Position numbers and translations under genes: made by a program. A stretch of DNA of 64,000 nucleotides, taken from the NCBI GenBank assembly GCA_028286885.1, contig JAQBQS010000007.1, forward strand, positions 17,645 through 81,644, in the 5' to 3' direction. The stretch comes from Patescibacteria group bacterium (GTDB lineage Bacteria > Patescibacteriota > Minisyncoccia > Phycocordibacterales > UBA1006). Shown here piece after piece: positions 53,111 to 62,079 of this stretch (positions are counted from its first letter, which is position 1; each line of letters starts with the position of its first letter). The notes beneath the pieces were generated by a model. That model saw only the letters and a list, made by a program, of their open reading frames with translations, did not search any database and was not told the origin of the DNA.

Positions 53111-55054
53111 ATGAACACTGACCTTTACGAGCGCGCACTGTCGCGAGGATTTTTGGCATTGAAAAAAATGCAGCTAAGAAGCGGCGGATTTGAAAGCATA
53201 ACGTTCGGAAAAGACTGCGAGGAAATTATCCGCCATACGGCGTTTTATCCGGGACTCATTGCCCTGGCTCTTTCCGCTTCAAATGATAAAAGAAAAGATT
53301 CGATCCTGCGGAAATGCGGCGGATTTTTGCGAATGCAAAAATCCGCCGCATGGACATTTAATTATTGGAACCGAACTCTGAAAGATTCGACTATGGGGAA
53401 TTATCCCGACGATCTCGACGACACATCAGTATGCCTCTCGGCACTTTTTAAAATCAACAAGAACGCCGTTACCGAAAAAACGCTTGCATCATTCGTGAAC
53501 ATTCTGATCGCGCTCGAGGAAAAGCCCGGAGGCCCCTACAATACCTGGATTCTCGGCGATTACCGAGGCACGCACTGGCACGATATCGACATTGCCGTAA
53601 ATGCGAATATCGGAGGATTTCTGCATTCGCAGAATATTACGCTTGATGGTTTAAATGAGTATCTTGAAGAGGAAATAAAAAACAACCGATTCAATTCAAA
53701 GTATTATCACAAGAAAGTTTCCGTCATTTATTTCCTTTCGAAATGGTATCTGGGAAAGTATGCTCAAAAACTTCTTGGCATTCTTGAAAAAGGGATTTTG
53801 AAAGAATACAAAGACGCAGATGCGCTCGATTTAGCCCAGGCAATTTCATCATGGATCAGGCTCGGCGGAGACGTCAATTCTATCAAGAAACAGCTTATCC
53901 ATCTTCTGAAGATTCAAAACCAAGATGGCACGTGGAGCTGGTCGGACTTTTTCATCGAGGAAGTGAAAAGCGACCAGAATCTTTACAGCGGATGTGCGGC
54001 ATTTTCAAGCGCCTGCGCGATCGAAGCGATGTCGCTTTATCAAAACGCACTTGCTGAAATTCCGCTGGAACGTGAGCGCGTACGGAAACAATCGCTGACG
54101 GAATCCGTACATGACGCTGCCCGTAAACGGTTTTCCGATTCTCCAAAACCTATTCGCGCTCAGCTCGACCTTTTCATTTTCAAGCTCTCCGCGAGCGATA
54201 TACATCGCGAAATTTCCCTTCTTCCGTTTTTCGCATGGGATTCTTTAAATTCACGTCAAAAGTCTCGCATCAAAAAAACCGAGATTTTAAATTTATGCGA
54301 AGCAAATCTGCTCGGCTGGATCGCCTACACCGTTTATGATGCGGTGATCGACGGCGAAACCAAGGAACAATTTTTGCCGCTTGCAAATATTTGCATACGC
54401 GAGGTTATTTTTATCTACCAAGAATTCTTCGACAAAAAAGGCTTTCAAAGTGTGACGAGAATTTTAAATGCGATCGACCATGCAAATTTGTGGGAAAAGA
54501 TGAACTGCCGATTTGAAATAAAAGAATCTCATTTTGAAATACCGGAACTGCTGCCCGATTACAAACGCCTTGGCCATCTTGCCAATAAATCCCTCGGCCA
54601 TGCGCTTGGACCGATTGCGATCATGCTGAAGTTCGGCAAGAAAAAATCTGCAGAGCAGATAGAAGGATTTTTCTTGGAATATCTGATTGCGCGCCAGATG
54701 AACGACGACGCGCACGACTGGACGTCCGACCTGCGCGAAGGTTTCGTGAATCCCGCAGGCGCGATCCTGCTTTCCGAATTCAGGAAAAAATTTCCCAAAA
54801 GAAAAATCCTCGACCTAGCCGAGAATTCAACGGACGTTGCTGATCTTCAAAAAGCATTCTGGGATTCGACGATAGAAAGAACGTCTGCGGAAATCCTGAG
54901 GCATACGAAACGAGCGCGTGCCATCTTGAAAAAGATTCCTATATTTTCGAATACCAACTATCTTGAAACACTTCTCGCATCGCTCAATTCCTCGGCGAAC
55001 AAGGCTATCACGGAACGAAATAAAACGAAGGAGTTTTTGGAGGCGTATAAATAA
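53111..55054 (+). CDS. Two-domain terpenoid-cyclase-like protein: N-terminal squalene-hopene-cyclase-like alpha/alpha-barrel with DxDDT (class II), C-terminal isoprenoid-synthase-like helical domain with DDxxD (class I)
   Basis: Start at MNTDLYERAL (ATG 53111). NYPDDLDDTSVCLSAL closely mirrors the SHC catalytic block YPDVDDTAVVVWAL. There is a QW-like KIQNQDGTWSW motif, and the C-terminal half has DAVID...(about 120 aa)...NDDAHD. The track ORF's first 117 codons overlap the kinase gene and were discarded. Confidence 0.55.
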   Translation: MNTDLYERALSRGFLALKKMQLRSGGFESITFGKDCEEIIRHTAFYPGLIALALSASNDKRKDSILRKCGGFLRMQKSAAWTFNYWNRTLKDSTMGNYPDDLDDTSVCLSALFKINKNAVTEKTLASFVNILIALEEKPGGPYNTWILGDYRGTHWHDIDIAVNANIGGFLHSQNITLDGLNEYLEEEIKNNRFNSKYYHKKVSVIYFLSKWYLGKYAQKLLGILEKGILKEYKDADALDLAQAISSWIRLGGDVNSIKKQLIHLLKIQNQDGTWSWSDFFIEEVKSDQNLYSGCAAFSSACAIEAMSLYQNALAEIPLERERVRKQSLTESVHDAARKRFSDSPKPIRAQLDLFIFKLSASDIHREISLLPFFAWDSLNSRQKSRIKKTEILNLCEANLLGWIAYTVYDAVIDGETKEQFLPLANICIREVIFIYQEFFDKKGFQSVTRILNAIDHANLWEKMNCRFEIKESHFEIPELLPDYKRLGHLANKSLGHALGPIAIMLKFGKKKSAEQIEGFFLEYLIARQMNDDAHDWTSDLREGFVNPAGAILLSEFRKKFPKRKILDLAENSTDVADLQKAFWDSTIERTSAEILRHTKRARAILKKIPIFSNTNYLETLLASLNSSANKAITERNKTKEFLEAYK

Positions 55055-55121
55055 AAATCTAAATTGACAAAACGACCAAAACGGATATGATTAGAAAAAT
55101 TCTTCACTAAAAGCGTTCCTA

Positions 55122-56129
55122 ATGGAAAAACAAGCATTTAAGCAATCACTGAAGGATAAGACCATTATTCTCGTTGCAGACCGCACCTACAAAAAATCTT
55201 CAGAGATGGACCTGACTGGAAACAATCTTGAAATGATCGACGACGAGTACTTTCACGAAATCTCATCAGGCCTTGCGGAAATTTCAGGCAAAGTCATCCA
55301 CTGCCAAAATCCGGCGGAACTGATTGAGCTCCGCGCGGATCCGAGATCGCATATTGTTTTTACAGTGTACGGCGGGACCTCGTCGCGAAACAGGATGGCA
55401 CTCGTTCCATCCGTGTGCGAAGGTAAAGGTTTGCCCTATGCCGGCGCGAATCCTTACGCAAGGATCGTATGCCAAGATAAATGGGTTTCAAAAATTTTCG
55501 CCGAAAGGTACAACGTGCCGTCCCCGAGCGGCATCGTCATCCGGGAACGGCTTCGCCCGGAACTTCTCGAAGAACTCTCGGTTCCGATCATGATCAAACC
55601 CAATCTTGAGGGAAGTTCCATAGGAATCTCCGGCGATTCGAGAGCGGAAACTGTCAGTCAGGCTGTCGAACAAATCAAGAAGCTTGGAGCGAGCTTTTGT
55701 TCAATCATAGCCGAGGAGTTTATCGCCGGAAAAGAAGTTTGCCTCTGTATGGTCGGAAACGCCCCTCGTTTTTCTATGTTCAAGATGATGGAAGTGTATG
55801 ATCCTTCAGACGAGGCATTCTTCATGAATCGTCCGTACAGCGCGGAGCACAAGCATAAATCCTATGAGAGATTTTTACATCGCGATATCACGGAACTTTT
55901 GGGCCCTCAGGACAAGATAGCCATCCAAAACATGATGGGTGGATTCAGCAAAATGGACTACATGCGCATCGACGGACGTCTGACTGAGAAAGGGTTTGTA
56001 ATGATCGAACTGACGCCGGATGCTCATTTAGGAAAGGATTCCGTCATGGCAGCCGCGGCTTTCGCAAACGGGATGTCCTACGAGGATCTGCTGTTTGAAA
56101 TAATCTATGCATCTCAAAACGGCCTCTAG
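55122..56129 (+). CDS. ATP-grasp enzyme, D-alanine--D-alanine ligase-like
   Basis: Ddl-like organisation (N, central, C-terminal ATP-grasp) with MIKPNLEGSSIGIS, EEFIAGKE and RIDGRL...ELTPDAHLG blocks. Divergent. Confidence 0.6.
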   Translation: MEKQAFKQSLKDKTIILVADRTYKKSSEMDLTGNNLEMIDDEYFHEISSGLAEISGKVIHCQNPAELIELRADPRSHIVFTVYGGTSSRNRMALVPSVCEGKGLPYAGANPYARIVCQDKWVSKIFAERYNVPSPSGIVIRERLRPELLEELSVPIMIKPNLEGSSIGISGDSRAETVSQAVEQIKKLGASFCSIIAEEFIAGKEVCLCMVGNAPRFSMFKMMEVYDPSDEAFFMNRPYSAEHKHKSYERFLHRDITELLGPQDKIAIQNMMGGFSKMDYMRIDGRLTEKGFVMIELTPDAHLGKDSVMAAAAFANGMSYEDLLFEIIYASQNGL

Positions 56130-56138
56130 CGGCCGTTT

Positions 56139-57296
56139 TTATTCTTCCTCTTTTTTTCTCTTTGCCTTCTCGACATAATACGTCTTCCCTTTCAATTTTT
56201 CCGGCAGCAAGTCTTCCTTCGGGTAGCGTTCATACCCCGCGCCATATCCCAGATTTTTCATGAGCTTCGTCGGCGCGTTTCGGATCATCATCGGAATCGG
56301 CAAGTTGCCAAACTGCTTCGCATCGGCAAGCGCCGCATTGTACGCCTCATACGACGACTTGTCTTTGGGGGCTTTGCATAAATAAACGACTCCATGCGCC
56401 AGGTTGATGCCGGCTTCGGGCATGCCGATGACTTCGACTGCTTTGAAGACTTCGTTCGCGACGACCAATGCGGTTGGCTGCGCCATTCCGATATCCTCGG
56501 ATGCGAAGATCACCATGCGCCGCGCAATGAATTTCGGATCTTCGCCCGCCTCGACCATTCTTGCAAGATAGTACAGCGCCGCATCCGGCTGCGACGCGCG
56601 CATGGATTTGATGAATGCGGAAATCGTATTGTAATGCTCGTCACCTTTCTTGTCGTACCTTAAGAACTTCGACTGCAGGGTATTCTGCAAATTCTCAATC
56701 GTAAGATCTCCATAAAGTTTTTTCGTATTCTCGATCATCGCGATCGCCTGCCGCGCATCGCCGCCAGCCATCGACACGAGCCACTCGCACGCATCTTTTT
56801 TCATTTTGACCCCCGTCCTCTTGATAATCTTTTTCATGTCATCGTCCGAGAATTCATTCAGGACGAAAACCCTGCATCTTGAAAGAAGAGCTGGAATAAC
56901 TTCAAAGCTCGGATTCTCCGTTGTTGCGCCGATAAGCGTGAGCGCGCCAGACTCAACGTACGGCAATAGAAAATCCTGCTGGGCTTTATTGAACCGGTGA
57001 ATCTCATCCAAGAAAAGAATTTTTGGTCCAAGAAGTTCGCCGCTCAAAATAATTTGGCGAATGTCATCCTTGCCAGCAGAAACAGCCGACAACTCGTGGT
57101 AATCGGCATTCAGTGATTTGGCATACATCCGCGCGAGGGTTGTCTTGCCCACGCCCGGCGGCCCCCACAGAATAAACGAGAACAGATGCTTCTCTTCGAT
57201 GGCTATACGCAAAGGCTGCCCTGGTCCCACCAGGTGCTCCTGCCCAATAAATTCATCGAGCTTTTTTGGCCTAATTTTTGAAGCCAAGGGTTCCAT
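56139..57296 (-). CDS. rarA: Replication-associated recombination protein A (RarA/MgsA AAA+ ATPase)
   Basis: Walker A GPPGVGKTT, Walker B LFLDEIHRF, sensor motifs and a MgsA C-terminal domain. Confidence 0.85.
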   Translation of the reverse strand: MEPLASKIRPKKLDEFIGQEHLVGPGQPLRIAIEEKHLFSFILWGPPGVGKTTLARMYAKSLNADYHELSAVSAGKDDIRQIILSGELLGPKILFLDEIHRFNKAQQDFLLPYVESGALTLIGATTENPSFEVIPALLSRCRVFVLNEFSDDDMKKIIKRTGVKMKKDACEWLVSMAGGDARQAIAMIENTKKLYGDLTIENLQNTLQSKFLRYDKKGDEHYNTISAFIKSMRASQPDAALYYLARMVEAGEDPKFIARRMVIFASEDIGMAQPTALVVANEVFKAVEVIGMPEAGINLAHGVVYLCKAPKDKSSYEAYNAALADAKQFGNLPIPMMIRNAPTKLMKNLGYGAGYERYPKEDLLPEKLKGKTYYVEKAKRKKEEE

Positions 57297-57381
57297 GTAT
57301 CTATTATATCATTTTTGAAATTCGACAAGTTTTGAAAAATGGTGCAAGAAAAAAGCGCGATTTGCATCGCGCTTCTGAAAT

Positions 57382-58230
57382 TTATCCTACGAATTCAGCT
57401 TTTGCGGGTATAACTCCTTCAAGTTTGCCATCTTTCAATTCCACGCTTTCGTAGAAAGGATTAGTAATCTTTTCAGCAGTTTCAAGATCGTAGACCGCCC
57501 ACAGCTCCTTCATTTTGATACATAACCTTGGACCAGAATCTGTAACAAATGCCTTGTGAGCCACTTCTTTCAAGGAGTTGTCCTGCGAGTACACTTCTTT
57601 TCCTGAAATGGAATAGAAAGTATATTTGCATCCCGTTGCTGCCGTATCTCTTGCGACAAATCCTGCTAATTCCTTCTCAGCATATACTGCAGCGACATCA
57701 ATCGTTGACGAAATAATTGCCTGTTTCTGAGAAATCGACCAGACTGCGGCGCCTTTTTTCCTGGCACCTACATGGTCATAAAGCAATACTGCGAAAAGAT
57801 CTTCTGAGAAAATTTCGTAAGATCCGGGTAGTGCCTTAATTCCTGAAATAGTGAAGAGATGTGTTCCGAGATTATTAAACATGTCGTAGATTCCAGAGTT
57901 ATACTGTGATCTCGCAATAATTTTTAGATCTTCCAGAACTATTATTTTTTGATAGCCACCCTCTTCGCTCAGCACTATATTACCCTTAGATCCTACGATA
58001 CCGCTCGTGGAAATGTCGTTTTCCAAGTGAAGTATTTTCATAGCCGGATAATACTTGAGCTTGTCCTTGTCATTGGCTGAGGAAGCCAACTTTTTTCCTT
58101 CGAAGGAAAAAAGCGAATAGCCAGTACCCTTCGTCCCTGAATAAAGCTCCAGGTCGTGGTAAATGTTCAAGTTCTTATGATCTTTCGCGACTTCCAAAAA
58201 AGCTGCTAGATCGAAATCTTGTTTTTTCAT
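57382..58230 (-). CDS. Hypothetical protein (282 aa)
   Basis: Track ORF. No family recognised. Confidence 0.45.
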   Translation of the reverse strand: MKKQDFDLAAFLEVAKDHKNLNIYHDLELYSGTKGTGYSLFSFEGKKLASSANDKDKLKYYPAMKILHLENDISTSGIVGSKGNIVLSEEGGYQKIIVLEDLKIIARSQYNSGIYDMFNNLGTHLFTISGIKALPGSYEIFSEDLFAVLLYDHVGARKKGAAVWSISQKQAIISSTIDVAAVYAEKELAGFVARDTAATGCKYTFYSISGKEVYSQDNSLKEVAHKAFVTDSGPRLCIKMKELWAVYDLETAEKITNPFYESVELKDGKLEGVIPAKAEFVG

Positions 58231-58355
58231 ATTATTGAATTTTAAATGTGTTTGAATTTTCCTTACTTAATCAAAAACCTGCGACATTGTCAAGGACCGG
58301 GCTTTGATTGACTTCCCGCCACAAAAACGTATCCTACGTAAAACATTACATACAA

Positions 58356-58988
58356 ATGAAAAGAAACAGAAAAGACCGATTCCTTAAAATTGTAATTCCA
58401 CAGGAGCTGAAAGACATTCTTTCGTTTGAAGAAACTCCGGACAAATTAACAATATCGATCGATGCGAAACCCTTGTTCCAATTGAGAGAACTGCCAAAAA
58501 GCGGGTATTACGAATTTCTGCGCGGCGAAGCAAAAAGCTTCATACTAATCGATGCCATTATGGGATGGGTCATCGGACACGACGAATCAAAATACAGTTT
58601 TTATTTCGGCATACTTGCAACCCAGATCCACATTTTCCAGGAAATGATCAAGAATATCTTTGACCACGCAAACTATGGAATGGTCACAATTATCCGAGGA
58701 GGAAGCGACACAACGCCGGTCTTTGATTTCAGCATCGGAAGCTATGCAAAAGACGACCCTGAAAAGCTTGCGCGATTTTTCAAAGCCTTGTCGGTTTCAG
58801 AAACCGCAGGATATTTCACGTCGCGTTTCGGAAGCGGCTCGAATTTCGGCCTCGGCACCAGGATGATTCTCGGAGCAATTCCCAACCATGCGCTCATGGT
58901 TGAAAAAGCGATCGCCGGCGACTGCATGTGGATCAAGTATTCGGGCTGGTGCGCGTCGCGGGCATTTTTCAAAACTCCTGTTTCCTGA
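58356..58988 (+). CDS. Hypothetical protein (about 210 aa; the track ORF starts at 58308)
   Basis: Track ORF. No family recognised. Confidence 0.4.
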   Translation: MKRNRKDRFLKIVIPQELKDILSFEETPDKLTISIDAKPLFQLRELPKSGYYEFLRGEAKSFILIDAIMGWVIGHDESKYSFYFGILATQIHIFQEMIKNIFDHANYGMVTIIRGGSDTTPVFDFSIGSYAKDDPEKLARFFKALSVSETAGYFTSRFGSGSNFGLGTRMILGAIPNHALMVEKAIAGDCMWIKYSGWCASRAFFKTPVS

Positions 58989-59045
58989 CAGGTGTTTTTA
59001 TTTGACAAAAGCTAAAAATAATATACATTGTGAAAAACACTTCCA

Positions 59046-59582
59046 ATGATCATTGAAATAGAATCTATGAATGAGTCTCAACTTGATGAGCTCAAAAAGT
59101 TTCTCGAGCGTTCGAATGGCTATGCGAGGATTTTCATTCACGCATCAAATCCTCCGCTTGGAAATATCTCTCCGATAGAGTTTCTTGTAAAAATTTTAAC
59201 TTCGGATCTTCAGAAAGAGATTCCAATCATTATTTTTGAGGATCCATGCTATACGTTTTTCTTGGAGCACTATCTTGAGGACCAAGCGTTGCAGAGAAAT
59301 GTCTACTTGATAAAGACGAAATCCGACGATCCCGAACCCGAACAAATCGGGTGGGACAGATGCATCGAAATGTTCAAGGATTGGGGCATTAAAAACATTG
59401 TTGTCGGCGGAAATTACCTGTTCCTTTATGACAAAAAAGAGATGCGGGGCTGCGCGTATTATTCGGCATTTCTTCTGTCCCAGCATTTCAATGTTACTGT
59501 TTCAAGATACGTAACGTCCGGAACTCCGGCAGTCTACAAAAAATATTGCGGCAAGTTCAAGCCCAGCGATCACACAAAATAA
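59046..59582 (+). CDS. Hypothetical protein (178 aa)
   Basis: Track ORF followed by a hairpin terminator at about 59583-59612 (aacacc...ggtgtt + T6). Confidence 0.4.
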   Translation: MIIEIESMNESQLDELKKFLERSNGYARIFIHASNPPLGNISPIEFLVKILTSDLQKEIPIIIFEDPCYTFFLEHYLEDQALQRNVYLIKTKSDDPEPEQIGWDRCIEMFKDWGIKNIVVGGNYLFLYDKKEMRGCAYYSAFLLSQHFNVTVSRYVTSGTPAVYKKYCGKFKPSDHTK

Positions 59583-59638
59583 AACACCCCGGCGCAAGCT
59601 CAGGTGTTTTTTCATAGTTTCTAAAATGAATAAAGCGA

Positions 59639-60520
59639 TTACTCTTTCTCCGTTCGGAACTGCTCATCAAGCAATCGCTCTCGCCTCTCGTCATAGTAAA
59701 CCCATGTCGCGCTCGCGCCGAAGAGGAAAATGAGGGACGAGTAGTAGAACCACAGGAGAATTGCGACAAGAGATCCGGCGATGCCGTATGTTGCAACCGT
59801 CGAGGACTGCGCGAGATAAAATCCGAGCGCAATGTTTCCGACCGTCAGGAACGCGCCCGTGATTGCTGCTCCTGCGACCAGATGCTTCTTGGGGATATGG
59901 CGCTCGGGCAGGAAAGCATACGCGAGAAACGTGATGAAGGTCGAGATGATAAACAGAACGACCGGGGCGCCGAATGTCGTCAGAAAATTCCGAGTCGCTT
60001 CCGGAATACCGAGCGTGATGCCCGCATTAAAAAATCGCGTACCGACGATGAAGAAGATGAAGATGACCGCGAATCCGAAGGTCGCCGCAAACGAAATGAC
60101 ATATTTCGTAACCGTAGCCATGATGCCCGGTCGCGAATTGTAAGGCGTCTCCCACATGTCGTCGAGCGACTGCTTGAGCTCGCCCATGCCGGTAGCGGCA
60201 AGAACCAAAAGAAAGATCACCGCGAGAATCGCTTTCCACCACTGCTCACCGATATTCTGGGCGCTGACAAAAACGGTTTGAATGAAGTTGGAATTGTTGA
60301 CGCCCATGATGTGGGCCACTTGGGAAATGATTTCCTTCTGAAGGGATGTCGAATCGACAACGGAACTGCCAAGCCAAAACGTGATCACCAAAACCGGCAC
60401 CAGGGAAAAGAGCGCGTAATATGAAAGCGACGAAGCCATGCGCGTCGGACGCACCGCCCAAAAATGCAGCCACGTGTCGCGGATGAAGTAAGGTCCGCGC
60501 TTGTACCAAGGTTTGTCCAT
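59639..60520 (-). CDS. YihY/BrkB-family inner-membrane protein
   Basis: 6 TM, with the [22 protein letters not shown] pattern typical of YihY. Start at MDKPWYK. Confidence 0.7.
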   Translation of the reverse strand: MDKPWYKRGPYFIRDTWLHFWAVRPTRMASSLSYYALFSLVPVLVITFWLGSSVVDSTSLQKEIISQVAHIMGVNNSNFIQTVFVSAQNIGEQWWKAILAVIFLLVLAATGMGELKQSLDDMWETPYNSRPGIMATVTKYVISFAATFGFAVIFIFFIVGTRFFNAGITLGIPEATRNFLTTFGAPVVLFIISTFITFLAYAFLPERHIPKKHLVAGAAITGAFLTVGNIALGFYLAQSSTVATYGIAGSLVAILLWFYYSSLIFLFGASATWVYYDERRERLLDEQFRTEKE

Positions 60521-60560
60521 AGAGGGAATTATTATAGCAAGAAAAAACCCAATCGTGCGA

Positions 60561-61142
60561 TTAGGATTTTTCAATCATTGCCCAGAAGGGGTCAACTCCC
60601 CGTCCCGTATCGGCCGAAAAGACAATAATGTCGACGCCGTCCGGAACGCTTTTTCTCGTCGTGTTCAACGTCTTGGCAATTTCAGACTGCTTCAACTTGT
60701 CCGACTTGTTCAAAAGGATCGTAACTGATTCGTCCGCAGCAACCAATCGTTCTAAGATTTCCCAGTCCAGATCAGTGAGTCCGATTTTCGCATCCACTAC
60801 CATAACCGACTTGCGGCTCTCGGTCCGCGTACCCATGAACCACAGGATGAGATTCCTGATCTTGTCGCGCACGGTTTTCGGAAGCTTCGCGTATCCGTAT
60901 CCCGGAGTGTCGACAACGTAAAACTCGCCATTGTTGATCGTATAAAAGTTCACTTCCTGGGTCTTGCCCGGCGTGCGCGATGACTTGGCAAGTTTTTTTC
61001 TGCCAAGAATCCGATTCACCGTCGATGATTTCCCCGCATTTGATCGCCCGTAAAAGACGATCTGCGGAATCGTCGTATCCCAAAACTCGCCGTTTTTGTC
61101 GGCGACGACTCCGCGTGCGAATTGTGAATCCTTGATGATCAT
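60561..61142 (-). CDS. engB: Ribosome-biogenesis GTPase EngB/YsxC
   Basis: G1 [10 protein letters not shown]3 DTPGYG, G4 NKSDK. Start at MIIKDSQF. Confidence 0.8.
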   Translation of the reverse strand: MIIKDSQFARGVVADKNGEFWDTTIPQIVFYGRSNAGKSSTVNRILGRKKLAKSSRTPGKTQEVNFYTINNGEFYVVDTPGYGYAKLPKTVRDKIRNLILWFMGTRTESRKSVMVVDAKIGLTDLDWEILERLVAADESVTILLNKSDKLKQSEIAKTLNTTRKSVPDGVDIIVFSADTGRGVDPFWAMIEKS

Positions 61143-61252
61143 AACGCAATTATATAATAAAAAATCCTCGAGATCTTTTCTCGCTTTCCTCACAGGCTAA
61201 AGCCTAGTGAGGATGCGCTGCGAAAAGATGCTCGCAGGATTTTTTATTGAAA

Positions 61253-61930
61253 CTATTTCTTCTTGGCAGCTTTCTTTGCTGGAGCTTTTGCCGCAGCCTT
61301 TTTGACTTCTTTCTTTGCAACAGCTTTTTTAGGAGCAGCTGCAGAAACCGCTGGCGCGGGCATCGCAACTTTTGCAACTGGCGCAGGAGCTGCTGTCTTT
61401 GCTGGCTGCTGTGCCGACTTGGACATAAGTCCGATCAATGTATCGAGCTTGCTCGCAACCTGATCCATCTGCTTGACGATGTTGTCGATTCGGTAATCAT
61501 TCGCAGGCTTTGCAGCCGGTGCGCGATCGTACGAACGAGGCGCTTCGCTTCGGTTATTCGGTACGAAAACCTCTTCGCCGTTCTGTTTTGCAAAACAATT
61601 GTTGCAGAGTACTGGCTTCATGCCGTTTGGCTTGAAAGGTACCTGGCATGGATTTCCGCAATTTGAACAAACAGCATCGTACATCGGCTTGTCTGATTTG
61701 AAATTAGATCCGCCTCGGTTTTCCCACGGCTTCTTGTCGAACGATGGGCGTCCGCCGTCTCGCGATCCTCCGAACGCAGGCTTGCCGAATGATCGTCCTC
61801 CGCCAAATGCGGGCTTTGATCCGTATGCCGGCTTGTCACCAAAAGGCTTTCGGTCGCCGAAACCTCCCTCTCGCTTGAACCCGCCGGATGCGCCGTCCTT
61901 GTTAAATCCTCCTCGTTTGAAATCCTTCAT
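61253..61930 (-). CDS. Low-complexity nucleic-acid-binding-like protein: Gly/Arg/Phe-rich N-terminus, CxxC-x12-CxxC zinc ribbon, Ala/Lys-rich (histone H1-like) C-terminal tail
   Basis: Composition and motifs seen directly in the translation. It has a strong upstream promoter and a downstream structured terminator region (61168-61252). Confidence 0.5.
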   Translation of the reverse strand: MKDFKRGGFNKDGASGGFKREGGFGDRKPFGDKPAYGSKPAFGGGRSFGKPAFGGSRDGGRPSFDKKPWENRGGSNFKSDKPMYDAVCSNCGNPCQVPFKPNGMKPVLCNNCFAKQNGEEVFVPNNRSEAPRSYDRAPAAKPANDYRIDNIVKQMDQVASKLDTLIGLMSKSAQQPAKTAAPAPVAKVAMPAPAVSAAAPKKAVAKKEVKKAAAKAPAKKAAKKK

Positions 61931-61967
61931 AAAAATAAAATTAGTGTTTTACCATGAGCGGTAAAAT

Positions 61968-61996
61968 ATGACTTGATATTACATTATTTCAAATAA
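61968..61996 (-). promoter_or_regulatory. Sigma70-like promoter TTGACT-N17-TAATAT (minus strand)
   Basis: Conserved ATACTTGACTTAT box immediately after the MutS-like gene's terminator, about 40 nt upstream of the ATG at 61930. Confidence 0.5.
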
Positions 61997-62028
61997 TAAG
62001 TCAAGTATCCGTTTTTCTGACAAAATAA

Positions 62029-62054
62029 AAACCCCGGCCATGTTAGCCGGGGTG
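62029..62054 (-). terminator. Rho-independent terminator (ccccggc-catgtta-gccgggg + T-run)
   Basis: 3' of the MutS-like gene. Confidence 0.6.
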
Positions 62055-62079
62055 TCTTCGATTTTAAAAATGAGCGTAC

